Shown: positions 6,915-16,991, counted from the stretch's first letter. The stretch: 64,000 nucleotides of DNA from Myxococcota bacterium (GCA_963674735.2 CAXXQS010000001.1:384001-448000), one strand, 5' to 3'. Notes: generated by a model from the sequence alone, not told the origin. Program-made: numbers and translations.

Positions 6915-9416
6915 ATGGGACTATTCGGACCCGACAAAAAAGAATATGAGAAAAAATTTCAACAAGTTTTGCAATGGCAAAGCTCGGTCTTTCAGCTTTC
7001 ACAAACCATCTTGAGCCGCTATCACCATAATTTGGATGGATTATCGAAAGAAATCACGGCTGAGTTGTTGAAAGAACATTCGATCTATGCCGAAATGGCC
7101 GGGGTCTGGTTGATAGATAATACAGATAAAAGCAAAGTTAAATGTAAGGCATTCATGGCCCATGGTGATGACGTTCATGCACGTATTGGGTTAGAAATAG
7201 ACGTGAAAGATCATCCATTCAGTCAATGTCTCAGGGAGACAAGTGAAGAGGTATATCAAGTATTATCCTCCGATAAAGTTCGAGAACTAGTGTCTCAAGG
7301 ATTTTTAGAAAGGGATTGGTCACAATACTCGGATATTAAAAGCGGCCTATTTATTAAAATCATGCTGGACGCTACCTGTATCGGCTTCATTGAATTGTAT
7401 AACCAGTTAACCCGCAGCTTGCCCTATATAGAGATATCCAGAAAAGGATTCAGCTGGCTGAACGATCAGGAGTTCAAAGACAACACGCAGCGTTTGATGT
7501 TGCAAATCGGGAAAACGATCGGACTTGCCGTAACAAAAGTTCAGCATACCAAAGTGAGAAGCCAGTATTATGATGAACTGATCGAAGCCAAGAATGCTCA
7601 TGAATTACGTTGTTGTATTTCTAGGCAGCTTAAAGAATTTTCAGAAGCAGAATGTTTTTCGTATTGGACGTATAGTTCAAGGCATGAAGAGCTATTGCTG
7701 AAGTTCTCTTCCGGAATTGTAATCGATAAGGATCACATGGTATTGAACGCAAATGCGTGCTGGTTAGGGGAGATTATTGATACAGACAAAGAGATGATAT
7801 TTGAGAAGGATCCGTCAGATAAATACCAAGATCCATACTGGAGAGAGAAACTCGGAAAATTTCAGGTCATCGGAATTCCCCTGAGAAAGGTTGATGGGAA
7901 GGTGTTTGCTATTGTATCCTTGCATTTTGATAAAAGTCACTCAATTGATGAGTTGTTGAAAGAAAAAATAGCAAAATACTTCAAAAAATGTGCAACAATG
8001 ATCATGTCAAACCGCCATAGATTGGAAAACAAACGAAGATCGGAATTCGAAGCAAGGCTATCTAAGCTATTACTGATCGATGGCTGGGAAGGGTTTTACG
8101 ATGCGTTGGTTGTCATGATAAAAAGCGTGATGGGCGCAGATGCTTGTAGTCTTTTATTAAAAGACAATCACGAGCTCAAGCTTAGACTTGAAAGTACGAC
8201 TTCTGAAAGACTTAAAGATAAAATCGGGACGACCGTATATGATCTAGTCAGAGGTAAAAGTATCACAGTTGATGTCTTTAGGGATAGTAGACAAAGAACC
8301 GTCTACCGGCGTGCGATGGACGAGCCCAATTATTCCAAAGGCCTTTGTGATGAGATCGATGCACAGGGTGATGCCTCGATCGTATTCGGCCGAATCAGGT
8401 TGGGAGATAGGTCTCCGATCGGTGTGATCCGTTGTGTGAAGAAAAATGAAGTTAGTGCAGACACAAAAAATGGGATAAACATTCATTTCCACAATACATT
8501 TGATCATCATGAAGATAAAATGATGCAATCAATTTGCCAAACAGTGAGTGTGACTAGCAAGTTGATAATGGAAGCACGAGCCTCCTCGCTACGTGCTATC
8601 GCGTCCAAACAGCGCGCAATCGAACTCGAGCATGAAACGGTAACGCCCATCAGTATTGTGCAGCACACGCTGGATGAGCTAAGATTCAGGCTTCGGCGTT
8701 TGTCTAAAATCGACAGTGTTGATCTAATGGAAATGGTTGATGCGGATCAATATGGCCAAAAAAATACCGTTGTTTGGTCACGTGATACACAAAAACATTT
8801 ATTTGGAAAATTGGATAAAAAGGGCCGAATCGCTAAATTTGAAGCAGTGCGAACCACCACCTTGATTAAAATGCCGAATGTAGCGGATATTCCTAAAAAC
8901 GATTATTATATCCAAAAAATTTATTTGCAGAGTTTATTGGGAGATATTTTCCATTTGGCGGACCATTTTGCCAATGTCGAAGGGTTAAAAGTGGCCCGAT
9001 TCAGTCCTTTACTAGCAAAGATTAGACGGTCAGAGCACTGTGTTTACGTCGATAAAGGCTTGTTTTTACAGGCAGCCATGCATTTAATAGACAATGCCAT
9101 TAAATACAGCATTCCAAGTGAGAAAGGTGGAAGAAGATACGGGGGGGATATCTGGTTTGAGTTTGAGCAAGGACAAGTCAATCGAAACGAACGGTATTTG
9201 CTACGTGTCTGCAATGTCGGTGAAGCTATTCCAGAAAGGGAACGAAAAAAAATATGGGAAAAGAATACTCGCGGCGAAGCGGCAAAACAAAGCGGCAAGC
9301 CGGGAAAGGGACTTGGATTGTATGTCGTCAAACGTATTATGCAAAACATGGGGGGGGATGCCAGGTTGCTGACCACTCAAGACGACGAGACTCGATTCGA
9401 GCTTTTGCTCCCATAA
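6915..9416 (+). CDS. Cytoplasmic multi-GAF sensor histidine kinase
   Basis: H-box LEHETVTP, N-box LIDNAIKYS, G1-like CNVGEAIP, G2 GKGLGLYVVK. The N-terminus has GAF-like repeats (ADACSLLL, IGVIRC) and no obvious TM. AT-rich. Confidence 0.85.
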   Translation: MGLFGPDKKEYEKKFQQVLQWQSSVFQLSQTILSRYHHNLDGLSKEITAELLKEHSIYAEMAGVWLIDNTDKSKVKCKAFMAHGDDVHARIGLEIDVKDHPFSQCLRETSEEVYQVLSSDKVRELVSQGFLERDWSQYSDIKSGLFIKIMLDATCIGFIELYNQLTRSLPYIEISRKGFSWLNDQEFKDNTQRLMLQIGKTIGLAVTKVQHTKVRSQYYDELIEAKNAHELRCCISRQLKEFSEAECFSYWTYSSRHEELLLKFSSGIVIDKDHMVLNANACWLGEIIDTDKEMIFEKDPSDKYQDPYWREKLGKFQVIGIPLRKVDGKVFAIVSLHFDKSHSIDELLKEKIAKYFKKCATMIMSNRHRLENKRRSEFEARLSKLLLIDGWEGFYDALVVMIKSVMGADACSLLLKDNHELKLRLESTTSERLKDKIGTTVYDLVRGKSITVDVFRDSRQRTVYRRAMDEPNYSKGLCDEIDAQGDASIVFGRIRLGDRSPIGVIRCVKKNEVSADTKNGINIHFHNTFDHHEDKMMQSICQTVSVTSKLIMEARASSLRAIASKQRAIELEHETVTPISIVQHTLDELRFRLRRLSKIDSVDLMEMVDADQYGQKNTVVWSRDTQKHLFGKLDKKGRIAKFEAVRTTTLIKMPNVADIPKNDYYIQKIYLQSLLGDIFHLADHFANVEGLKVARFSPLLAKIRRSEHCVYVDKGLFLQAAMHLIDNAIKYSIPSEKGGRRYGGDIWFEFEQGQVNRNERYLLRVCNVGEAIPERERKKIWEKNTRGEAAKQSGKPGKGLGLYVVKRIMQNMGGDARLLTTQDDETRFELLLP

Positions 9417-9431
9417 TCATGGAGGTGTGCG

Positions 9432-9956
9432 ATGCCGGAAATTCTGGTTATTGAAGATCAATGCAAACGTTTTCAGACCATCCTTGATATGCTTGCAGAC
9501 ATGCTCGAAGAAACTCAGAGTGGTTATTCGCTTATAAGACAGAGTAACTGGTCGAAGGCGCTGGAAATCTATGCGGAACGGCATAAGGAGATCAAGCTGG
9601 TGATTTTGGATGTACGCATGCCGGCTGTTTACAAAGATGAAATGGAGCGTACTCCGGACGGAAAACTGGTTCCCAGACTGGGAATCGATCGAGATGAAAA
9701 ACAATTCAACTACGGCCGGACGACGGGGTTGGAGGTGTATCGTCGAATCAAAGAGATCGATGGAGACCAGGAAATCCTGTTTTGGACGGTCCTTCGTATC
9801 AAAGAAATAATAGATGAGGGCATTCCGGTTGACGATCAGCACTACATGGGAAAAGACTCGGATTACGCAGCCTTTCTGGAAAGCATCGATAAAATAATCG
9901 GAACAGAATTATTTGATTACTATAACGATATTATGTTGGACGAGGGGCAGGAATAA
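9432..9956 (+). CDS. Atypical stand-alone response regulator
   Basis: ILVIEDQ, VILDVRMP, a roughly 30-aa insertion, then GLEVYRRIK, ILFWT and YMGK. Confidence 0.8.
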   Translation: MPEILVIEDQCKRFQTILDMLADMLEETQSGYSLIRQSNWSKALEIYAERHKEIKLVILDVRMPAVYKDEMERTPDGKLVPRLGIDRDEKQFNYGRTTGLEVYRRIKEIDGDQEILFWTVLRIKEIIDEGIPVDDQHYMGKDSDYAAFLESIDKIIGTELFDYYNDIMLDEGQE

Positions 9957-10645
9957 TGGATAATAGAGCAGTACCCATGTGGCACAAGTATGTGGTTTGG
10001 TTTATTGGTAGTATGCTTATGTTGGCCTTGTTTGTAGCAATATGCATTCATGTGGAATGGATGGATTACGCTTTGTATAGAGGTAAAACTGACTATTTGA
10101 CCATTACCGTTTGTATTCTGGCTTTTCTTACTACCGTTAACATGGCTTTGGCGGCTATAAAAATTATAACTTCTAAAAGTGTAGAGGAGGAAATAGATAG
10201 GCAAGTAAAGCCGGAATACAATAAACTAGAAAATAGAATGGTAGCCCTTGAATATAGAAATAACCATGTAGTAACGGAATTGAGAGATATGCACATACAA
10301 GTGTTAGGCAGCACTCAAGAGATCCTGATGACAATTATTCAAGAGCATGCGCAGGAAATGCGAAAGAGAACTACTAAGGGCAAGAAAAGTAACCGCGATA
10401 GAAAGTTAGCCGATTTCATCTTTGAAGTTCAAAAAGAAGCGTTTGCTATTATGAAGATGCTTTATCAAACACTTTCCAGTGAGCCGGTTGAACGGCTTTT
10501 GGGTTATCAAGAACTTGCAACGATTGGCACGGATCGCGTAAGGAATTATTTGATCGATAAGGCGATTAGCGAAGACGATCCAAGCAATCACACTTTCCTT
10601 TGGGACGAAATTACAAACTACTACAAAAAGTTGAACGAGGGCTAA
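9956..10645 (+). CDS. Hypothetical 2-TM protein with a helical cytoplasmic domain
   Basis: Two hydrophobic segments, a coiled-coil-like middle and a HEAT-like C-terminus; start overlaps the upstream stop (TAATG). Confidence 0.75.
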   Translation: MDNRAVPMWHKYVVWFIGSMLMLALFVAICIHVEWMDYALYRGKTDYLTITVCILAFLTTVNMALAAIKIITSKSVEEEIDRQVKPEYNKLENRMVALEYRNNHVVTELRDMHIQVLGSTQEILMTIIQEHAQEMRKRTTKGKKSNRDRKLADFIFEVQKEAFAIMKMLYQTLSSEPVERLLGYQELATIGTDRVRNYLIDKAISEDDPSNHTFLWDEITNYYKKLNEG

Positions 10646-10658
10646 GCGCAGCCTCTCT

Positions 10659-11129
10659 TCACCCGTGGTGGTAGGGTTCGTTTTTGAGGATGGTGAAGGC
10701 GCGGTAGAGCTGCTCGAAGAAGACCAGCCGCACGAGGTCGTGGGGGAAGGTCATGGACGAAAGCGACAGCCGGGACTGGGCGCGTTCAAGCAGCGCCGGG
10801 CCATGGCCGTAGGGACCGCCCACCGCGAAAACCAGCTCCTTGCCCCCCGCGTTCATGCGCTTCTGCAGGAAATCGGCGAAGGCTTCCGAACCGAAGCTCG
10901 CCCCGTGCTCGTCGAGCGCCACCACCGTGGCCGTGGGCGGAATAGCCTTCAGCAACTGCGCGGCCTCCTGCTCTTTTTGCAGCTTGGGCGTGGGAGCGGA
11001 CTTCTTCGCATCGGGCAGTTCGAGCAGCTCGACCTTGGCGTAGCGCTTCAAACGCTCGGCGTAAAAGGCCAGTCCTTCGCGTACGAAGGGCTGTTGCGTT
11101 TTACCGATGGCGGCCAGAACGATCTTCAT
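10659..11129 (-). CDS. rlmH: 23S rRNA m3Psi1915 methyltransferase
   Basis: MKIVLAAIGK...ALDEHG...FAVGGPYG...MTFPHDLVRLVFFEQLYRAFTILKNEPYH. Confidence 0.97.
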   Translation of the reverse strand: MKIVLAAIGKTQQPFVREGLAFYAERLKRYAKVELLELPDAKKSAPTPKLQKEQEAAQLLKAIPPTATVVALDEHGASFGSEAFADFLQKRMNAGGKELVFAVGGPYGHGPALLERAQSRLSLSSMTFPHDLVRLVFFEQLYRAFTILKNEPYHHG

Positions 11130-11563
11130 GCGTCCGATTTGGCGGCGGGGGAGGCGGGTGCGTTTTCCTCCGCTTCGGCCAGGGCGATCAGCGCCGGGAC
11201 GTCGAGGGCGGGACTGGAAGCCCACAGACCGTCGATGTCGTAGAAGTCGCGGTAGGGTTCGTAGAAGATGTGCACCACTACGCCGCCGTAATCCATCAGA
11301 ATCCAGTAGGCCAGCGACTGGCCTTCCACGCCGATGGGGCGGATCTTCAGCGGGCGCAGGGCCGCGTCGATGCCTTCGTAGATGGCCTGCACCTGGCGGT
11401 CGGACGAACCGTGACAGACGATCAGGTAGTCGGTGAAGGTTTGCCGTTCGGTGATGTCGTACACAGCGATGCGCTGGGCCTTTTTGCGGTCGGCGGCCAG
11501 AAGCGCGGTGAGCAGCTTGGTACGCTCCTCGGGCAGAATTTTGGGGTCGGGTCGATCGGTCAT
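11126..11563 (-). CDS. rsfS: Ribosome silencing factor
   Basis: DYLIVCHGSSDRQVQAI...WILMDYGGVVVHIF...RDFYDIDGLW; adjacent to rlmH. Confidence 0.95.
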   Translation of the reverse strand: MTDRPDPKILPEERTKLLTALLAADRKKAQRIAVYDITERQTFTDYLIVCHGSSDRQVQAIYEGIDAALRPLKIRPIGVEGQSLAYWILMDYGGVVVHIFYEPYRDFYDIDGLWASSPALDVPALIALAEAEENAPASPAAKSDA

Positions 11564-11571
11564 CGGGACGT

Positions 11572-12639
11572 TTATTCCTTGTCGGCCGGTTTGTCGGCGG
11601 CTGGTTTGAGGTCGGATTTGGGGAGCAGCTTGGCCGGACTCGCGGGCGGCGGTGTGCGCTTGGGCGGCAGCTTGTGTTCGGGGGCTTTGACTTCGACTTT
11701 GCGCCCGATCAGGCTCAGATCGTAGGTGCCGTCCATCACGAATACCACTTCCTTCTGTACGTCGGTATCCAGGCCGCGCGCCTTGGCGGCTTCGACCATC
11801 TTGGCATAGCGCTTTTCGCCCACCGGGACGGCGTAGGTGCCGTGCAGGCGGTAAGACAGCGGCGCGCCGGTAGCTTCGTCCACCACCACATAGCCGGAGG
11901 CCTCCGAGAAGTTGGAGACGCGCTTGCGGTTCTTGTTGATCATCTTGTCGGTGGCGATGGCGCTGATGGCGTACTGGTTGGGGTAGTTGAACGCGGTTTC
12001 CAGGTCTTTATCGGGGGTTTTGCCGTTGGGGTCGAGTTCGAAGGCGAACTTGAAGGCGGGACGTCCCTGATAACGCAACGATTCGGCTTCTTTGAAGCGC
12101 AGATGCCCGCGAAAATATTTGTAGAAGTGATTCATGGCTGTGAAGTTCTTCTCCCGCCAGAAACGCGCCTTGCCCTGCGGGCTTTCCTTCACGAAACTGG
12201 TGGCGCCGAAGCGGTCATAGGTTTCGCCGCCCGCCAGATACAATTCGTAGCTCTTGGAGTGGCTGTTGGAGCTTTTGGTGTAGAAATCGCCGTTGGCGGC
12301 CTGCTCCAGCAGGTTCGTCTCGGTGAGTTTGACGTCTTTTTGGCCGCGCATGGTGCGATAAACCAGCGTGCCATCGGCGCGAAAAGATCCCAGCTTGCGA
12401 TGGATGTCTTCCTGGCTCATCAGCAGCACTTTTTCCAGCTCGGCGGTTTTACCGGGCAGGGCGGCCACATCCACTTCCACCGCCGGGGTTTCGACGGGGA
12501 CCGCCTCGGCGGGGTCTTCCTTTTCCAACACCCGTTTTTTGGCTTCTTCACCTTGTTTCGTATCCGAGCAGCCGCCGAAAGCCAGCATACTCGCGACGAT
12601 TACCAGCAACCCTACGATCACAGCTTTACGTAATGTCAT
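11572..12639 (-). CDS. Hypothetical lipoprotein, beta-rich
   Basis: Signal peptide with lipobox FGGC; host-like codon usage. Confidence 0.75.
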   Translation of the reverse strand: MTLRKAVIVGLLVIVASMLAFGGCSDTKQGEEAKKRVLEKEDPAEAVPVETPAVEVDVAALPGKTAELEKVLLMSQEDIHRKLGSFRADGTLVYRTMRGQKDVKLTETNLLEQAANGDFYTKSSNSHSKSYELYLAGGETYDRFGATSFVKESPQGKARFWREKNFTAMNHFYKYFRGHLRFKEAESLRYQGRPAFKFAFELDPNGKTPDKDLETAFNYPNQYAISAIATDKMINKNRKRVSNFSEASGYVVVDEATGAPLSYRLHGTYAVPVGEKRYAKMVEAAKARGLDTDVQKEVVFVMDGTYDLSLIGRKVEVKAPEHKLPPKRTPPPASPAKLLPKSDLKPAADKPADKE

Positions 12640-12829
12640 CTTTTCTCACCTTGGTCCGTTCAACAACGGATGCACCTTACTTTCCCCATCGGGAGAGGTC
12701 AAGTTAAACCGCACCGGACATTCCACCCGGCGTCCCGACTGGCCGGGACGCGGTGGAGCGAAACGGGGATTCCGAATGGGATTGTCTGTTGTGTGTGGCG
12801 AATTCCTCTGCAAATCCAAGCTGCTTCGC

Positions 12830-15220
12830 TCACTGCACGGCCTGGGGCTGTTGCCAGATGCCATCCTCGCGCAGCATGCGCCAACTCATGGTGTCCGAAT
12901 CGCTCAGAGATCCGGTCAGGGTGGGGAACAGCGGGTTCGGATCCAGATAATTGTTCGGATCGTAGATTTCGATGCGGAAGTTGTTGTTGTTCAGGCGGCT
13001 GCCGCAGAAGGGAATGGCCAGGAAGTCGTACCAGTCCTCGCAATTGTTCTGATAGGCGGCCGTGATGGTCCACATGCCGTCGGCCGGATTGGTAATACGC
13101 ATTTCTTCCACATGGCCGTCGGCTCCGGCAGTGTGCACCCAGCGCGACATGATCCCGACGCCGTTGCCCGGCGCAAACGAACAGGTGAAGTTGCTGTTGA
13201 GCCGCTCGTCATAGCAGGAAATGCCGATGGGATCCTCGACTTTCAGATCCATGTCCACCAGATTCGAGCCGAGGAAATTGTCGCCTTCTTCGAAGGTCAG
13301 CACGATGCGCGCCCACTGATCGCCCTTGACATTCACGTTGATATCCAGCGGGTTCGACCATGTGTTTTCGTCGTCCTTGACCATCAGCCTAACCACGTAA
13401 TCGCCGTAGACGTCGAAATCGATGCAGCAATTCACCCCGGAGATGCCCGCCTCGGAGCGCAGGATGATGTTGCCCGCGCTGCCCGTCGGAATGGTGGGTA
13501 AAGACCAGTCGAAGGCGGTGAGCTGGCCGTCGAGGTCGTAACTGATGTTGCCGTAGAAGCACAGGCGCGTATCCATCTGCAGATTTTCAATATCCACTTC
13601 GATCGGCGGTCCATGATCCTGAAGCGAGGCGCGGGCCACCGGGGCTTTGTTGGGCGGCCGTCCTTCGCCGATCATATCGAATGAGATGAATTCGTCGAGG
13701 CCCGGCAGGTTGTGGCGCACGCGGAACTTGCATTGATCGTCCACGTTGTAATCGGTGGGCTGGTAATACAGCTTGAGCGTGACCGGGTAGCTGGCGCCGG
13801 GGCGGACCTGGCAGTATTTCTGGTCGTATCCGTCCGCATCTTCGCACACCATGGCCTGCACGCAATCGGCATCGCTGGTGCAGACTTTTCCGGCGATCAA
13901 TTCGAGATCCAGTTCGTCGATGGAAAACTCGCTGCAGTCGGCGCCGCTGCCCAGATCGGAAATATCAAAGTCTATAAGCAGCAGCGGGTTGCCGCTCCAG
14001 TTGTAGATGGACACGTTTTCCTGGCGCATGCATTCGTCGCCGTCGAAACAGGTTTGCCCGGTGGGACAACAGTTGTTGTCGTCCACGCAGGTAGGATAGT
14101 CGGAGCAGATGCTGCCCTCGAACTTCACTTGGCGGCCGAAGTCGATGGGGTAGGGTACCACGGAGAAACTCGTCGATTCGGCGGTGCCGCGCAAGTTGAT
14201 AGTGAGCAGGCGCTGGGCCTCCTCGTCGGCATCGGTGGTGACCAGCACGCGCTCGACATGCGGATCGAATTCGTCGGCCAACGTTTGCGGTTGATATTGA
14301 ATGACGAAAGTATGGCTTTCCTGCGGGTTCAGTCTTACCGGCATGAGTGGATTGATTTCACCTTCGATGATGCGGTAATGGGGACTGAGCCCGCTGGCCA
14401 ACACGATGCTGGTGACGCTCAGAACCTTGTTGCCGTCTTCCAGCCCGGTGTGGGTGATGGTGAAGGGCTGGGACTTGGGTTCGCCGCCCAGGTCGACGTT
14501 GCCGAAATTGAAGGACACGGGATCGACGGCCGCCTTGGCGGTGCCTTTGTACAAGCTGTACATCAGCACGCGGGTGATGACCTCGTCGCAATCGTTGGAA
14601 ACGATGGAGAGATAGGCTTCGTCGATGCCGGAGTTCGCCGGAGAATATTCGACCTCGATGGTTACCGGGCTGCCCCACATCAGTACGATGGGGAATTCGT
14701 GTTCGGAAACGATGGTAAACTCGCTGACGTCGCCGCCCTCTTCGGTAGGGGTGATCTGTATGGCCGAGATTTCCAGGTCGACATTGGAGTTCCCGTCGTT
14801 TGTGATTTGAAGTTGGCGACGCGCTGTGGCTCCGGAATAGACGGATTCGAAATTGATTTCGTCGGGTGTGATCGAAATTTCCGGGCATTTGGCGATGATG
14901 GGAATCTCGCCGTCGCCGTCCGGGGTGTCGCCGTCCGGGTTGTCGCCATCGGGGTTATCGTCATCGCCGCCGCCGGTGCAACCGCCGTTGATGCACAATT
15001 CGCCGACCGGACAATCGGAATGCGCGGTGCAGCCGTCCGTGTCTCCGCCCATGTCGGTGCAGATGTTTCCGAGGCAGATTTCGTTAGGCTGGCAATCCTC
15101 ATCGATATTGCACACTTGCCCATCGCCGTCTGTCGGCGCGTTGCTGCTGCCGCTGCACCCGACCAACATCACCGCCACCAGGATCGAGACCCAGAGACCA
15201 CTCAAAATAGCATGTCGCAT
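12830..15220 (-). CDS. Large surface lipoprotein with Cys-rich repeats, choice-of-anchor-D/ASH-like Ig domains, a PKD-like domain and a YfaP/DUF2135-like C-terminus
   Basis: Lipobox LVGC; INFESV/FNFGNV/IDFGRQ Ig-domain starts; NKAPVARA...SYDLDG...FDW; DMDLKVEDP...EEMRI. Confidence 0.75.
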   Translation of the reverse strand: MRHAILSGLWVSILVAVMLVGCSGSSNAPTDGDGQVCNIDEDCQPNEICLGNICTDMGGDTDGCTAHSDCPVGELCINGGCTGGGDDDNPDGDNPDGDTPDGDGEIPIIAKCPEISITPDEINFESVYSGATARRQLQITNDGNSNVDLEISAIQITPTEEGGDVSEFTIVSEHEFPIVLMWGSPVTIEVEYSPANSGIDEAYLSIVSNDCDEVITRVLMYSLYKGTAKAAVDPVSFNFGNVDLGGEPKSQPFTITHTGLEDGNKVLSVTSIVLASGLSPHYRIIEGEINPLMPVRLNPQESHTFVIQYQPQTLADEFDPHVERVLVTTDADEEAQRLLTINLRGTAESTSFSVVPYPIDFGRQVKFEGSICSDYPTCVDDNNCCPTGQTCFDGDECMRQENVSIYNWSGNPLLLIDFDISDLGSGADCSEFSIDELDLELIAGKVCTSDADCVQAMVCEDADGYDQKYCQVRPGASYPVTLKLYYQPTDYNVDDQCKFRVRHNLPGLDEFISFDMIGEGRPPNKAPVARASLQDHGPPIEVDIENLQMDTRLCFYGNISYDLDGQLTAFDWSLPTIPTGSAGNIILRSEAGISGVNCCIDFDVYGDYVVRLMVKDDENTWSNPLDINVNVKGDQWARIVLTFEEGDNFLGSNLVDMDLKVEDPIGISCYDERLNSNFTCSFAPGNGVGIMSRWVHTAGADGHVEEMRITNPADGMWTITAAYQNNCEDWYDFLAIPFCGSRLNNNNFRIEIYDPNNYLDPNPLFPTLTGSLSDSDTMSWRMLREDGIWQQPQAVQ

Positions 15221-15328
15221 GGATATTACCTTACATCTCGTTCAATGGTTACACCCGAACATTCGTTCGTAGAGAGCTTCCCTGTCGGGAATCTGCGCTA
15301 ACTTCAGAGCCCGCCAACCGTTTTCGTA

Positions 15329-15358
15329 TTGACAAGGCGAGTCCTCGCTCATTATAAT
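15329..15358 (+). promoter_or_regulatory. Consensus sigma70 promoter with a palindrome in the spacer
   Basis: TTGACA-18 nt-TATAAT; the spacer contains GCGAG-TC-CTCGC. Confidence 0.75.
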
Positions 15359-15444
15359 TGGAGGCGTGCGGTATTGCAATAGAAAAAGCCTTGGGTGCAT
15401 CCGCTGTCGTTCGCTACGGGAAACACTTATGAGGAGGAAGACGT

Positions 15445-16953
15445 ATGTCTGGTAGGTTGTACGGTAATGTGTTGTTTGTACTGGTTGTTTTTTCCCTCTT
15501 CATCTTGGGTTGCTCGGACGGCGCGGAGGAAGCCGCTACCGATGGTGATGGCGTGGCCGATGGCGATAGCGCAATGGGGGCTGCTTGCACCAACCAGAGC
15601 GATTGCCCGGATGGCGCGACCTGCGCCGTTGTCGGCGAAGGGCTGATCTGTACCCCGCTATGCCGCAGCGACGCCGAATGCCAGACCGGGTTTCCGGGCG
15701 GTTGCTGCATGAAGGTCGGGGCCAGCTATTACTGCGCTCCGGCCGGTGTTTGCGGCAATGATCCCGATGGGGACGACCCCGATGGCGATATCCCCGATGG
15801 CGACAACCCCGATGGCGACGAGGGGCCCTGCGAGTTCGATACCTACCGCTGCCAGGATTACGACACGGTGGATCGCTGCGGCTCTTCCGGAACGTGGACC
15901 ACTTACAAGAATTGCTCTCCCGATACCTGCTGTTACAACGGTGAATGTGTAAGCGCCGACGGCGCGGTCGATTGCGAATCGGGCGACCTTTTCTGCATTC
16001 CCGACAGCTATCGCTGCCGTGGTCGTGACGAAGTACAGCGCTGCAACTCCGACGGCGGGGACTGGACGCTCTATCGCATCTGTGACGAAGGCACGCAGTG
16101 TGTCGACGGGATGTGCATCAGTCTGACCGACGGCGACGATCCCGACGGCGACGACCCGGATGGCGACAACCCGGACGGCGACAACCCGGACGGCGACGAC
16201 CCGGAATGTGTTCCCTGCGATGATGAAACCGGTTGCGAAGGCGGCAATGAATACTGCCTGACCCTGGTGGGACATGAAGAAGGCTGCTGTCGGCTTCTCT
16301 GCGACGTTGTGGGTGCTTTACGCTGCCCCGATGGTTATAGTTGCGGTGGCGATGGAAAATGCCAGCCGGTGGAGGGCTACTGCCGCTCCGATGCCCATTG
16401 CGAAATGAGCGAGTTCTGCAATATTCTGCCGGGCAAGGAAAGCGGTTTGTGCACCAAGTATTGTTTCGAGATTGGCGAGTATTGTCCGAACGCCAGCTAC
16501 TGCGACCAACAACCCGACTCCCAGAATTACGGGCGCTGCGTTTACGAGGAATGCGTGGAATGCGCCGGTAGCACGACCTGCGGTGCGGGCAAATATTGCG
16601 ATATCTGGCCCGGCCAGATTGAGGGCTGCTGCGTGGAGATGTGCGGAGCCACCAATCCTTGCGGCGGCCAGTTGAGTTGCTGTGAGGATGGACGCTGCGG
16701 CATGGACTGCTCTCAGTCCTGCGATTGTGGCGGACCTTGCCCGGGCGGCTATATCTGCGATCAGCTCTTCTGCATCTGCATTCCCAACTGCCCGCCCTGC
16801 CCGGAGGGCGAGTACTGCGACGGATCCACCGCTCCCAATTGCAAGCCAGGCGAATGTCGCAATCCGCTGGTTTGTGGCTGGGGGCTCAAGCAGTGCTGTC
16901 CGGGATACAGTTGCAGCGCCATCGTATACGGCGTGGTCGGCTTCTGTATCTAA
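15445..16953 (+). CDS. Very Cys-rich lipoprotein with (PDGDD/N)n linkers
   Basis: GAGGAGG RBS, lipobox ILGC, two DGD linkers and many C-x-C modules. Confidence 0.85.
   Translation: MSGRLYGNVLFVLVVFSLFILGCSDGAEEAATDGDGVADGDSAMGAACTNQSDCPDGATCAVVGEGLICTPLCRSDAECQTGFPGGCCMKVGASYYCAPAGVCGNDPDGDDPDGDIPDGDNPDGDEGPCEFDTYRCQDYDTVDRCGSSGTWTTYKNCSPDTCCYNGECVSADGAVDCESGDLFCIPDSYRCRGRDEVQRCNSDGGDWTLYRICDEGTQCVDGMCISLTDGDDPDGDDPDGDNPDGDNPDGDDPECVPCDDETGCEGGNEYCLTLVGHEEGCCRLLCDVVGALRCPDGYSCGGDGKCQPVEGYCRSDAHCEMSEFCNILPGKESGLCTKYCFEIGEYCPNASYCDQQPDSQNYGRCVYEECVECAGSTTCGAGKYCDIWPGQIEGCCVEMCGATNPCGGQLSCCEDGRCGMDCSQSCDCGGPCPGGYICDQLFCICIPNCPPCPEGEYCDGSTAPNCKPGECRNPLVCGWGLKQCCPGYSCSAIVYGVVGFCI
16129..16203 (+). 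repeat. 15-bp coding tandem repeat x5 (DGD[D/N]P)
   Basis: GA(C/T)GGCGAC(G/A)A(C/T)CC(C/G) repeated five times. Confidence 0.85.
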
Positions 16954-16968
16954 CGCAAACGAAAAACG

Positions 16969-16991
16969 CGGGCCGGGGCAATCCCGGCCCG
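16969..16991 (+). terminator. GC-rich hairpin after the lipoprotein gene
   Basis: CGGGCCGGG-GCAAT-CCCGGCCCG; no strong U-tract on the + strand. Confidence 0.45.

Noticed and set aside
5927-10700. Intact integrative element with att repeats at rlmH
   Set aside because: No integrase and no duplicate of the rlmH 3' end found at the left border. The GTAGGGTTCG match near 11252 lies inside rsfS.
13712-15301. 529-aa plus-strand ORF
   Set aside because: Antisense shadow of the GC-rich lipoprotein gene; no recognisable motifs.
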